Assembly: GCA_035464675.1 (NCBI GenBank)
Contig: DATHSA010000054.1
Coordinates: 7,998-71,997 of the forward strand
Direction: 5' to 3'
DNA: 64,000 bases
Origin: Acidimicrobiia bacterium
GTDB lineage: Bacteria > Actinomycetota > Acidimicrobiia > Spongiisociales > UBA11373
Below the pieces are notes generated by a model. The model saw only the letters and a program-made list of their open reading frames with translations. It was not told the origin of the DNA and did not search any database. The translations under genes and the position numbers were made by a program. The number at the start of each line of letters is the position of its first letter. Positions within the stretch are counted from its first letter, which is position 1. Below are positions 8,449 through 18,313 of this stretch, piece after piece.

Positions 8449-8940
8449 TCAGGACTCCTTGTCGGACGACTTTGCTGCGGTCTTCTTGGCCGTGGTCTTC
8501 TTGGCCGCAGGCTTCTTGGCCGTGGTCTTCTTGGCCGCAGGCTTCTTGGCCGTGGTCTTCTTGGCCGCAGGCTTCTTCTCGGCGGGCTTCTCCTCCTCCG
8601 ACGAGTCGGTGTCCGCCTTCGCCGCCTTCTTCTTCGGCGCCTCGATCTTCACGACCTCAAGCGTCGTGTACTTCTGGCGGTGGCCGCCGCGGCGACGGTA
8701 CCCCGTCTTTGCCTTGTACTTGAAGATATCGACCTTGTCTCCGGCAGACTCGCCGACGACCTTGGCGGTCACCTTGGCGGATTTGAGCTCGTCGCGGTTC
8801 GAGTACACCTTGCCCTTGGCATCGACGACGAGGAGCGGCGTGAAGGTGATCTCGCCGTCCTCGCGCACGCGCTCTACATCGATGACATCGCCTTCGCGTA
8901 CCTTCGTCTGCTTGCCGCCCGAGCGGATGATGGCGTACAT
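8449..8940 (-). CDS. rplU: 50S ribosomal protein L21 with long Lys/Ala-rich C-terminal tail
   Basis: ATG 8940 gives [23 protein letters not shown].... About 60 aa of tail follow: ...[32 protein letters not shown]. Confidence 0.92.
   Translation of the reverse strand: MYAIIRSGGKQTKVREGDVIDVERVREDGEITFTPLLVVDAKGKVYSNRDELKSAKVTAKVVGESAGDKVDIFKYKAKTGYRRRGGHRQKYTTLEVVKIEAPKKKAAKADTDSSEEEKPAEKKPAAKKTTAKKPAAKKTTAKKPAAKKTTAKKTAAKSSDKES
8475..8578. repeat. 30-bp tandem repeat x~3.4 inside the rplU 3' coding region
   Basis: The unit cgtggtcttcttggccgcaggcttcttggc is perfect at 8491-8520 and 8521-8550 and near-perfect at 8551-8580. It encodes [10 protein letters not shown] units. Confidence 0.9.
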
Positions 8941-8983
8941 GGTCAGAGGTCCTTGAAGAGAGGGAACGATGGGATCATAGCGG

Positions 8984-9004
8984 GAGTCACCAGTCACCAG
9001 TCGC
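8984..9004. repeat. Heptanucleotide tandem array SAGTCRC x3
   Basis: gagtcac cagtcac cagtcgc, the same unit family as 3918-3948. Followed by gggtCCCGGGCgac gagtgacgggc. Confidence 0.8.
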
Positions 9005-9027
9005 ACGGGTCCCGGGCGACGAGTGAC

Positions 9028-9046
9028 GGGCGGCCTCGGGCGGCCC
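9028..9046 (-). terminator. Stop-abutting GC hairpin after rne/rng
   Basis: GGGC-g-GCC tcg GGC-g-GCCC. The last C is the first nt of the TAG complement at 9046-9048. Confidence 0.4.
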
Positions 9047-10575
9047 TACTCCCCGTCCGGCTCGGGCATCTTCGCGCCCGCGGTGGCGGCGTCCTCGTAG
9101 AGCACCACGCCCCGGCCGACGCAGGTCGGGCACACATGGGAGAAGGACTCGAGTAGCCCCTCCGACTCGTTCTTACGGGTCATCTCGACGAGTCCGAGAT
9201 TGGACACCTCGAAGACCTGGGTACGGGTCTTGTCCTTCGCCAGAGACTCGCGCAACTTCCGGAGAACCGCATCCCGGTTCTTCGAGACCTCCATGTCGAT
9301 GAAGTCGATCACGATGATCCCACCGATGTCCCGCAACCTCAGCTGGTGGGCGATCTCCTCGGCGGCCTCCAGGTTGTTCTGGAGCACCGTCTCCTCGAGG
9401 TTGGAGTGCCCGACGAACCGGCCCGTGTTGACATCGATCACGGTGAGGGCCTCGGTACGGTCGATCACGACGTGCCCGCCAGAAGGCAGCCAGACCTTGC
9501 GGTCGAGCGCCTTGCGAAGCTGGTCCTCGACGTGGAACCGCTCGAAGATCGGCATCTCCTCGTCGTACAGGGACACCTTCGCCACCAGGTCGGGGTCGGT
9601 CTCCTTCAAGTACGCCACCACCTGCTCGTGAATGCGCGGATCGTCGATGAGCAGGCGGCGGAACTCCTGGGTGAAGTGCTCGCGAATCACGCGAATCACC
9701 ATCGGCGGCTCCTCGTAGATGAGCCGGGGTGCGCCGCCCTTGGGGACGGACTCCTCGATGTCGGCCCACACGCCCAACAGTCTCTCGATGTCCGCTGAGA
9801 TCTCGTCCTTGTTGGCGCCCTCGGCCGCCGTGCGCAGGATCATGCCGAAATCACCGAGATCCATCTCGCTGGTGATCTGACGATGGATCTCCTTGAGCCG
9901 GTCGCGCTCGGAGTCGGGGAGCCGGCGGCTGACCGATGGCGATGACACGTTGGGGTCGAGCACCACGAACCTGCCCGAGAGGCTCACCTCGTTCGTGAGC
10001 CGCGCCCCCTTGTGACCCATGGCGTCCTTGACGACCTGAACCAGAACCTCGTCGCCGACCTTCAGGGCCTTCTCGATTCGCGGACGCCGGCCGTCCTTCC
10101 CCAGTTTCAGATCCCCGGCGTATAGAACGCCGTTCTTCGGCTCGCCGAAGTCGATGAATGCGGCCTCCATCCCGGGGAGCACGTTGCGGACCTTGCCGAC
10201 GTAGATGTTGTCGGTCAGCGACGGCCGGTCGGACCGGGCGACGTAATGCTCGACGAGGAGGGCGCCCTCGAGGACCACGATCTGGGTCTGGTGAGGGGTA
10301 CGCCTGACCAGCATCTGCTTTCGGTCGGTGGTCGGCGGCGGGGCGATGATCTCCGGTTCGGGACGCCGCTCGGCGCGTCGGGACCGTCCCCGGCGTGGTT
10401 CGCGCTTCTTGCGTTCCTGACGGCCCCGCTTCGGAGGAGCCTCCGGTGCGACCTCGCGAACGCGCGTGATCTCGACGGTGCTACCGCCGATTCGACGTGT
10501 CGTCTTCTCCTCGACGGCTGTGTCGCCGACCCCGCGCCGGATGACTTCGGCGCGCTTCTTCTTGAACAAACCCAT
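9046..10575 (-). CDS. rne: Ribonuclease E/G family endoribonuclease
   Basis: S1 domain (NIYVGKVRNVLPGMEAAFIDFG) and catalytic core (GGIIVIDFIDM), with an Arg/Lys-rich N-terminal extension. 509 aa. Confidence 0.9.
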   Translation of the reverse strand: MGLFKKKRAEVIRRGVGDTAVEEKTTRRIGGSTVEITRVREVAPEAPPKRGRQERKKREPRRGRSRRAERRPEPEIIAPPPTTDRKQMLVRRTPHQTQIVVLEGALLVEHYVARSDRPSLTDNIYVGKVRNVLPGMEAAFIDFGEPKNGVLYAGDLKLGKDGRRPRIEKALKVGDEVLVQVVKDAMGHKGARLTNEVSLSGRFVVLDPNVSSPSVSRRLPDSERDRLKEIHRQITSEMDLGDFGMILRTAAEGANKDEISADIERLLGVWADIEESVPKGGAPRLIYEEPPMVIRVIREHFTQEFRRLLIDDPRIHEQVVAYLKETDPDLVAKVSLYDEEMPIFERFHVEDQLRKALDRKVWLPSGGHVVIDRTEALTVIDVNTGRFVGHSNLEETVLQNNLEAAEEIAHQLRLRDIGGIIVIDFIDMEVSKNRDAVLRKLRESLAKDKTRTQVFEVSNLGLVEMTRKNESEGLLESFSHVCPTCVGRGVVLYEDAATAGAKMPEPDGE

Positions 10576-10863
10576 GAACGAATCCCTTCGACGCCCGCGC
10601 CTGCGGGCCCTTGATTGAATCGGGCCGTCGGACCGGTGAGACGGCGCCCGCGCGGACCGGCGATGAAGGTCGGTCGCTGTGGTCGACGGAGACGGACGTC
10701 CTCACTGAAATGCTCCGGTCTCGACGGAGGGGGTGGGCGATCCACCAGAGGATCTCGCCCACGGAACCAAACGTTAGCAGGGGGGTCTGTGATTCCCGGT
10801 AGGAGCCTCCCGTCGCCGGCTTGCAGCCACCGACAGGGCCCACGCCCTCCGGATGGAATCGGG

Positions 10864-10891
10864 CTGGTGACTGGAGGCTGGTGGCTGGTAG
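10864..10891. repeat. Heptanucleotide tandem array CTGGWRR x4
   Basis: ctggtga ctggagg ctggtgg ctggtag, 12 nt upstream of the tdk ATG. It is the reverse complement of the CAGTCAC/TCACCAG family. Confidence 0.8.
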
Positions 10892-10902
10892 CTTCTTGGC
10901 AC

Positions 10903-11505
10903 ATGGACCGCAGAGACGATCGGGGCTGGGTGGAGGTGATCTGCGGCCCCATGTTCTCGGGCAAGAGCGAGGAGCTGATCCGGAGGATCACCCGCTACAA
11001 CATCGCTCGGGTCCCGACACAGACCTTCAAGCCGGCCATCGACGACCGCTACGCCACCGACTCGGTCGTCTCGCACTCCTCGCTCACCACGGCCGCCGAA
11101 CCCGTCGCCGACAGCACCGAACTGCTCAACCGCGTCAGAGAGTCGACAGTCGTCGTCGGAATCGATGAGGCGCAGTTCTTCGACGACGGCCTCGTGGACG
11201 TGGTCGCCCAGCTCGCCGACGCCGGTAAGAAGGTGATCGTGGCCGGCCTCGACCTCGACTATCTGGGGCGCGCCTTCGAGCCCATTCCGACACTCATGAC
11301 TCGGGCCGAGTACGTCACCAAGAGCCTCGCCGTCTGCCACCGATGCGGAGGCGCCGGCATGTTCACACAGCGCGTGATCGCCTCCGACGAACTGGTCGTG
11401 CTCGGGGCCGAGGGCGCATACGAGGCCCGCTGCCGCCGCTGCTACGACCCCGGGGAGGGCCAGCAGGAGCGCCTCGAGATCGAGTCGGAGACCGCGCCAG
11501 GATGA
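10903..11505 (+). CDS. tdk: Thymidine kinase
   Basis: ATG 10903 gives MDRRDDRGWVEVICGPMFSGKSEELIRR (P-loop). C-terminal zinc-ribbon cysteines CHRCG...CRRC. Confidence 0.92.
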   Translation: MDRRDDRGWVEVICGPMFSGKSEELIRRITRYNIARVPTQTFKPAIDDRYATDSVVSHSSLTTAAEPVADSTELLNRVRESTVVVGIDEAQFFDDGLVDVVAQLADAGKKVIVAGLDLDYLGRAFEPIPTLMTRAEYVTKSLAVCHRCGGAGMFTQRVIASDELVVLGAEGAYEARCRRCYDPGEGQQERLEIESETAPG

Positions 11506-11903
11506 CGCCGGGGGCGCCCGACGGCGACGACGCACCCGAGGCGCCGGCCTTCGGCGAGTCGTTCGCCCGGAGGGCTCTTCATTGGGATGCGGCGTACTCC
11601 GTGGCCGTCGGCCTCGCCATCGCGGCGTTCGCCAGCTCCATCGAGCAGCACCTCGACGTGTCGGCGTGGGTGGTGGCGACGACGGGCACCGGCGCCGTCG
11701 CCTGGGCCGGCGTGCTGGCCTGGCTGGCGCGTCGTCCCGAATGGCGGCAGTCGGCGGGCATCGCCGCAGTGGTGAACGGAGTGTTCGCCCTGGCGGTCAC
11801 GCGATGGGCGGTGTCCCTTGGCGGGTCGAGCGGGGTGATCCTCGGACTGCTGGCGCTCCAGGTGGCCGGATTCGCCGTCGCTCAGGGAGCGAGCGCCAGG
11901 TAG
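11502..11903 (+). CDS. Hypothetical membrane protein (133 aa)
   Basis: ATG 11502 overlaps the tdk stop (ATGA). Three to four hydrophobic helices. Confidence 0.55.
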   Translation: MTPGAPDGDDAPEAPAFGESFARRALHWDAAYSVAVGLAIAAFASSIEQHLDVSAWVVATTGTGAVAWAGVLAWLARRPEWRQSAGIAAVVNGVFALAVTRWAVSLGGSSGVILGLLALQVAGFAVAQGASAR

Positions 11904-11931
11904 TGGGTGCTGCACCTCGTGAACGCAGCCA

Positions 11932-13080
11932 CTAGACCTTCGGGACCGGGCTCCTGGTCATCCAGATCGAATTGACGATCCCGACGCTGACGGCCATTGC
12001 CAGGTAGAAGGATCCGCCGAACGAGAGGAACGGCAACGGCAACCCGGTCACCGGCAGGAGTCCCACCGTCATGCCGACGTTCACGAACACGTGAAAGCCG
12101 AACATCGCCGCGATTCCGGTGGCGGCAAGCTGGCCGAACCGGTCGCGAGCTGCGGCGGCGATCATCAACATCCGCCAGATCATCACCGCGTAGAGCGCCA
12201 GGACCAGGGTGCCGCCGACGAACCCCAGCTGCTCGGCCACCGCAGTGAAGATGAAGTCGGTCGTCTGCGACGGCACGAACGCCAGATTCGTCTGGCTCCC
12301 CTCGAAGAGGCCCTGACCGAACAGGCCGCCGCTCCCGATGGCGATCTGGCTCTGGTTCTGGTTGTAGTTGATCTCCAGGGTCTGCTCGCCGGGGCTGAGA
12401 AAGCCCTGCAACCGCTCGAGCTGATACTCCTTCAACAGATCGAGCTCCACGGCGACCACCAGGAGAGCGATGCTCAAGACGATCAACATGACCAGCTGGC
12501 GCACCGTTGTCCCCGCCACGAACAGCATCACCAAGGTCACGAACCCGAACACCAGCATCGTCCCCAGGTCGGGCTGCAGGAAGATCAGCACCGCCGGGAA
12601 TCCCACCAACGCCCCCACCTTGAGGAGGCGCGACCACTTCATGTTTCCCTCCTCGACCGGAGCGAGTAAGAGGGCAAGGGCGAGAATCACCGCCACTTTC
12701 GCCACCTCGGACGGCTGGAGATCGAACAGGCCGAACGAGATCCACCGCTGGGCGCCCTGACGAAGGACACCGATCGGGCTGAGGACCGCGAAGAGGACCA
12801 GAAAGGCCCCGGCATAGAGGAAGGGGGCGAGAAGCTTCCAGTAGCGGTCCGAGATGATCGAAGAGACCAACAACAGCGCCGCGCCGATCCCCACGAACAG
12901 GGCCTGACGCACCATCTGGGAACTGCGACTGATGCCGGCTGCCTCGAGCCGCGGCGCCGAGGCGCTCAAGATCATGATCAAGCCGAGCGCGGAGAGCGCC
13001 GCGGTGATCCCGATCAACACGAAGTCGGGCCGGGTCCTCGTCGGCCGGGGCCGCAGATCGACGGCAGAGATGCTGCTCAT
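11932..13080 (-). CDS. rodA: Rod shape-determining protein RodA (SEDS family)
   Basis: Polytopic FtsW/RodA signature (...GSGGLFGQGL..., LPVTGLPLPFLSFGGS). ATGA overlap with mrdA. Confidence 0.92.
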   Translation of the reverse strand: MSSISAVDLRPRPTRTRPDFVLIGITAALSALGLIMILSASAPRLEAAGISRSSQMVRQALFVGIGAALLLVSSIISDRYWKLLAPFLYAGAFLVLFAVLSPIGVLRQGAQRWISFGLFDLQPSEVAKVAVILALALLLAPVEEGNMKWSRLLKVGALVGFPAVLIFLQPDLGTMLVFGFVTLVMLFVAGTTVRQLVMLIVLSIALLVVAVELDLLKEYQLERLQGFLSPGEQTLEINYNQNQSQIAIGSGGLFGQGLFEGSQTNLAFVPSQTTDFIFTAVAEQLGFVGGTLVLALYAVMIWRMLMIAAAARDRFGQLAATGIAAMFGFHVFVNVGMTVGLLPVTGLPLPFLSFGGSFYLAMAVSVGIVNSIWMTRSPVPKV

Positions 13081-15071
13081 CGCTCGGTGTCGTCCCCGGC
13101 CCGCAGGGCCTCTGGATCCTCACCGAGCAGATACTGGAGGATCCGCCGGGCCGCAGGCGCCGCCACCTGACCGCCGGAACCACCCTGGTCGATGACCACC
13201 GCGACGATGAACTGCGGATCGCTCAGCGGAGCCCCTCCCACGAACCACGCGGTGTCGACATCCTCCACGTCGCCCTCCTCGGTGGCCTGAAGGATCTCGG
13301 CGGTCCCGGTCTTGCCACCCACCTCCTGGAAGCTGGCGCATTGCGAATTCGGCACGTTCTGCCCGCAGAAGCGCTCGAACGCTCGACGCGCGGTGCCATC
13401 GCCGCTGAAAGGGTCATCGAGGTTTCGCACCGCGGACACCACACCATGGAGATCTCGCTTGAGGGCGTCGACGGTCTCGGGATCGATCGCGACCGTGCGG
13501 GCCGCGCTGGGGAGGTTGGTGAAGATCACGTTGTTCTCCGAGTCCACGACCTCGGACACCACCCGGGGCTCCCACACCGTCCCTCCGTTGAGGATGGCCG
13601 CGTACGCCACCGCCATCTGCAGGGGTGTGACGATGAGAGCGCCCTGACCCGTCGCGATGTTCATCAGGTCTCCGCCCGCCCAGCCACCCTCGGCGCGGAC
13701 GAGCGGAGATCCCGCCTGCTGCTTCTCCTGGAACCACTCGCGGTCCGGCACCAGGCCGGTCGCCTCGAAGGGCAAGTCGATCCCGGTGCGGGACCCGAAG
13801 CCGAGCCGGCGCGCCCAGTCCTGGAGCAGGTTCTCGGACCATTCGATGTCGCGTTGCTGCCAGATGGCGAGGGCGATCGACCAGTAGTACGTGTTGACCG
13901 ACTCGACGAGCGACTTCGACAGATCCACGAACCCGTGGCCGCCCTCCCTCCAGTCGCGCAGCGGAGGCGTGTTCGTGAAGAGCAGTTCCCCGTCGCTGAA
14001 GAACGCGTACGGATTGCGCTCCTGGTCGATAATGTCCCGGTACTCCTCCTCGACGACCGGCGAGATGCCCTCCTCCAGCGCCAGGGTGTAGACGATCGGC
14101 TTGAACGACGATCCCGGCGGATAGTTGCCCTGGATGGCGAAGTTGTTGAGGACCCCGTTCCGGTCGAACGTCTCCCATTCGGTGGTGGTGATCCGCCCGT
14201 CGGCGAAGACCGTCGGGTCGAATGCCGGCACCGATGCCATGGCGAGCACGGAACCATCGCGGGGGTCGATGACGACCGCCGCAGCCCTCAAGACATCGGT
14301 CTCGCCCGACACCGCCGCCAGCGACATCGCCTTCTCCAGGGTGTCCTCGACGAACCGCTGGAGGTCGAGGTCGATCGTGGTCACGACGCTCCCACCAGGG
14401 CGAGGCGCGGTCTCGTCGATCACACCGAGGATCTCACCACGAGCGTTGATGCTGTAGGTGATCCGCCCCGGAGTCCCGCGAAGCAGGCGGTCGTAGGACC
14501 GCTCGACTCCGAACTTGCCGACTCTGTCGTTTGGGTCGATGCCCTGCCTACCGAGGTCCTCGGGGCCCGGAGCGCCGATGTAGCCGATGATGTGGGCGGC
14601 GGTGTGGCCCAGGGGATAGACCCGCACCGGAACCGGCTCGATGGCCACCCCCGGGAACCGCTCGATGTTCTCGAGCACGAACACCGCCATCGACTGGCTG
14701 ATCGGATCACCGATCGAGAACCGGGTGCCGGAGCCCTGATCGATGAACTCCTGACGGATGTCGGAGGCGCGGATGCCGAGAAGCGCCGAGAGGTTCTGGA
14801 TCAGGCCCTCCTCTCGATCGAGCGGGACGAGCTTGCGGTCGACCATCACTCGCAGGCTGGGGACCGTGCCCGCCATGATCTCGGTCCCATCGCGATCGAA
14901 GATGTCGCCCCTCGGTGCCTCGATCGAGACGACGGTGATGCGCTGGCTGGCAGCCACCTCGAGCGAGTCCTCCAGGTCGGTCACCTGGAGGAACCACATG
15001 CGCAGCACCAGCATCACGAAGAGGGCGGCGATCATGATGCCGACCGTGGCGATGCGCCAGCCGGGCTTCAT
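13077..15071 (-). CDS. mrdA: Penicillin-binding protein 2 (transpeptidase)
   Basis: N-terminal TM, SxxK (GSSFKP), and KTGT (GGKTGTAE). ATG 15071 overlaps the mreD stop. Confidence 0.92.
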   Translation of the reverse strand: MKPGWRIATVGIMIAALFVMLVLRMWFLQVTDLEDSLEVAASQRITVVSIEAPRGDIFDRDGTEIMAGTVPSLRVMVDRKLVPLDREEGLIQNLSALLGIRASDIRQEFIDQGSGTRFSIGDPISQSMAVFVLENIERFPGVAIEPVPVRVYPLGHTAAHIIGYIGAPGPEDLGRQGIDPNDRVGKFGVERSYDRLLRGTPGRITYSINARGEILGVIDETAPRPGGSVVTTIDLDLQRFVEDTLEKAMSLAAVSGETDVLRAAAVVIDPRDGSVLAMASVPAFDPTVFADGRITTTEWETFDRNGVLNNFAIQGNYPPGSSFKPIVYTLALEEGISPVVEEEYRDIIDQERNPYAFFSDGELLFTNTPPLRDWREGGHGFVDLSKSLVESVNTYYWSIALAIWQQRDIEWSENLLQDWARRLGFGSRTGIDLPFEATGLVPDREWFQEKQQAGSPLVRAEGGWAGGDLMNIATGQGALIVTPLQMAVAYAAILNGGTVWEPRVVSEVVDSENNVIFTNLPSAARTVAIDPETVDALKRDLHGVVSAVRNLDDPFSGDGTARRAFERFCGQNVPNSQCASFQEVGGKTGTAEILQATEEGDVEDVDTAWFVGGAPLSDPQFIVAVVIDQGGSGGQVAAPAARRILQYLLGEDPEALRAGDDTER

Positions 15072-15580
15072 AGCCGGAAGGCCGCGGTGCGGCGGCGGGC
15101 GGCACCCAACGTCCATGTGATGAACGGAAGGATCAGGCCCGACAGCAGGACGTTGTACGCGGAGGGGAGCATGATCTTCCTCACGATCCCTGCATCGGCG
15201 AGGGTCTTCTGGCCGAAGATCGTACCGAGGACCGCGAACAGTGCGAGTGCGCCCGCGGTGACCCCGAACACGAATGGGCCCAGGAGGCTGAAGTCGTCCT
15301 CGAGGCGGTCACTGAACCTCACGACGAAGAATGCCGTGGTCGTCGACACCAGCGCCCAGAGCCCCAGGGGCGAGTCGGCGAGCAGGTCGAGGATGAACCC
15401 GGCGACGAAGCCGACGCCGAGCGCATAGTCGGGAGGCAGGTGGCGGGCGTAGGCGATGACCACCAGTATCACCAGCGCCGGAGCCGCCCCGAAGGGGCGA
15501 ATCCTGGCGAACAGGGTGGTCTGGAGGGCGACCGCGATCACCACGATCACGAGCGCGAGTGCGAGTCGGCGCGCCTTCAC
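15068..15580 (-). CDS. mreD: Rod shape-determining protein MreD
   Basis: 170-aa polytopic protein between mreC and mrdA, with overlapping stops and starts. Confidence 0.8.
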   Translation of the reverse strand: MKARRLALALVIVVIAVALQTTLFARIRPFGAAPALVILVVIAYARHLPPDYALGVGFVAGFILDLLADSPLGLWALVSTTTAFFVVRFSDRLEDDFSLLGPFVFGVTAGALALFAVLGTIFGQKTLADAGIVRKIMLPSAYNVLLSGLILPFITWTLGAARRRTAAFRL

Positions 15581-16551
15581 GGTGACGACCCGGGGACGGT
15601 CGTGGTCGTCGTCGAGGTCGTGGTCGACGTGGTCGGAGGCGCCTCCTCCCCCTCACCCTCGGCCGGGCCTCCGGGGTCGGCAGGGGCGGTCGGGAGCCGC
15701 TCGAGCTCCTCCAGATCGTCGACGCCCGCCTCGTCGCGGGTGAAGATCAGCACCTTGACGAAGTCGACCCGGGTGACACCGGCGACCGGTTCTGCCTCGG
15801 TCACAAGTGAGAACTGCACCTCGGAGCGTGCCGCCCGGGTCACCCGGGCCACCGCGATCCCCGCCGGGAACCGGCCGTCGGCAGTGACCAGGAGATCGCC
15901 CTCGACGACGGCGGTGTTGGTGCCGAACAACTCGAGCCGCATCGCACCCGACCCCCGCCCGGTGAGCACGCCGGTCTCCCCTGTGCGCTCGACGCGGACC
16001 GCGATGCGCATCGTCGGATCGGTGATGAGTCGAATCCGTGCCACCGAGCCCGTGACCGCGACGACCCTTCCAATCAGGCCTGCCTCGTCGACGACGGGCA
16101 TGTCGAGTCCCACGCCGTCGTCACTCCCCTTGTCGATGACCCGGACATGATCGAACTCGGACACCCCCACGGCGAGGACCTGAGCCGCGATCGAGTCGAG
16201 GTCCTGCGGCGGTTGGATCCCCAGCAGGGCCTCCAACTCGCCCACCCTCACCTGGAGGCTCTCGGTCTCCTGGAGCTCTCGCTCCAACTCGGCGACTCGT
16301 TCGCGAAGCTGCAGGTTCTCCTGGCGGAGGCTGAACATGTCCGAGATGTTCTCGAAGAAATCCGCCACCGGCCGGGTGACCGTGGCGACGGCTCGCTGCA
16401 CGGGGGCGAAGGCCGCCTGGGTCCCATCACGGAGCGTCGAACCGAGACCCTCCCCCGAGCCGCGAAGGTCGATGGTCATGAGCGCGAGGCACAGGACGAT
16501 CAGCCCGATGAAGATCCCGGTGGTCCGGTCGACGCTGCCTGGCCGCCACAT
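15577..16551 (-). CDS. mreC: Rod shape-determining protein MreC
   Basis: N-terminal TM, a coiled-coil (LRQENLQLRERVAELERELQE), beta domains, and a Thr/Pro-rich tail. Confidence 0.9.
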   Translation of the reverse strand: MWRPGSVDRTTGIFIGLIVLCLALMTIDLRGSGEGLGSTLRDGTQAAFAPVQRAVATVTRPVADFFENISDMFSLRQENLQLRERVAELERELQETESLQVRVGELEALLGIQPPQDLDSIAAQVLAVGVSEFDHVRVIDKGSDDGVGLDMPVVDEAGLIGRVVAVTGSVARIRLITDPTMRIAVRVERTGETGVLTGRGSGAMRLELFGTNTAVVEGDLLVTADGRFPAGIAVARVTRAARSEVQFSLVTEAEPVAGVTRVDFVKVLIFTRDEAGVDDLEELERLPTAPADPGGPAEGEGEEAPPTTSTTTSTTTTTVPGSSP

Positions 16552-16564
16552 CGTGGCGCGGCCG

Positions 16565-17599
<1,035 letters not shown>

Positions 17600-17791
17600 A
17601 TCCGCCCCTGTTGGAGTGCGGGGAGTGTACCCCGGCGATGAATTTGAGCACGCGAGAACCGATCCGACAGGGTCGTTGTGCCCGAGAAGAGCCCCTGGCC
17701 ACCAGCAAGAAGGCCCTCCGCCATCCGCCTTCGGCAAGACGCGTGCCGGGTGAAATCCCGAGAGAATCCTCGCGAGAGGAGCCTTCTCCTG

Positions 17792-17826
17792 CGGAGGGCG
17801 GAGGGCGGACGGCGGTCGGCGGCCTG
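17792..17826. repeat. Heptanucleotide tandem array CGGWSGG x5
   Basis: cggaggg cggaggg cggacgg cggtcgg cggcctg, ending directly at the ndk stop-codon complement (17827-17829). Confidence 0.8.
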
Positions 17827-18225
17827 CTACTCGAAGAAGATCTCCAGCTCGCGCTCGGCACTCTCTGGCGAGTCGGAACCGTGGACGATGTTCTCGGTGA
17901 TGATCGTCCCGAGATCCCCGCGGATCGTCCCCGGGGCGGCGTCGAGGGGGTTGGTGGCGCCCATGAGGCCCCGGGCCACTGCCACCGCCGACGGGCCGGA
18001 CCACTCCATGGCCACGACCGGGCCGCTTGTGATGAAGGACACCAGATCGTCGAAGAACGGCTTGTCGACGTGCTCCGCATAGTGGCGCCGCGCCATCTCC
18101 TCGGGGATGGTGAGCATGCGGAGGCGCTCCAGGATGAGTCCCTTGCGCTCGAACCTCGTCATGACCTCTCCGACGAGCCCGCGCCGAACACCATCCGGCT
18201 TGACCATGACAAACGTGCGTTCCAT
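17827..18225 (-). CDS. ndk: Nucleoside diphosphate kinase
   Basis: [21 protein letters not shown]...NIVHGSDS (active-site His). Confidence 0.95.
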   Translation of the reverse strand: MERTFVMVKPDGVRRGLVGEVMTRFERKGLILERLRMLTIPEEMARRHYAEHVDKPFFDDLVSFITSGPVVAMEWSGPSAVAVARGLMGATNPLDAAPGTIRGDLGTIITENIVHGSDSPESAERELEIFFE

Positions 18226-18245
18226 GTGGAGGCGGATGGTACAGA

Positions 18246-18308
18246 ATCGTTGCCCGTTCCCCGTTCCCCGTTGCCCGGGCGGAGAGAACGCGGGTGACGG
18301 GCAACGGT
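18246..18308. repeat. Inverted heptamer arrays (CCCGTTS x5, then NNACGGG x3)
   Basis: atcgttg cccgttc cccgttc cccgttg cccgggc ... acgcggg tgacggg caacggt. 18248-18257 is the exact complement of 18297-18306. Confidence 0.85.
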
Positions 18309-18313
18309 CGCCG

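Noticed and set aside
13341-15428. Very long antisense or alternative-frame ORFs. Examples are 13341-15428 (+, 695 aa), 20434-22266 (+, 610 aa), 47587-49722 (+, 711 aa), 51708-53507 (+, 599 aa), 38259-39605 (+), 33479-35038 (+) and 11882-13183 (-).
   Set aside because: They are Arg/Pro/Gly/His-rich and low in complexity. They lie opposite or out of frame to confidently recognised housekeeping genes (mrdA, valS, ftsE/prfB, secA and so on). They are typical stop-codon-poor artefacts of high-GC DNA.
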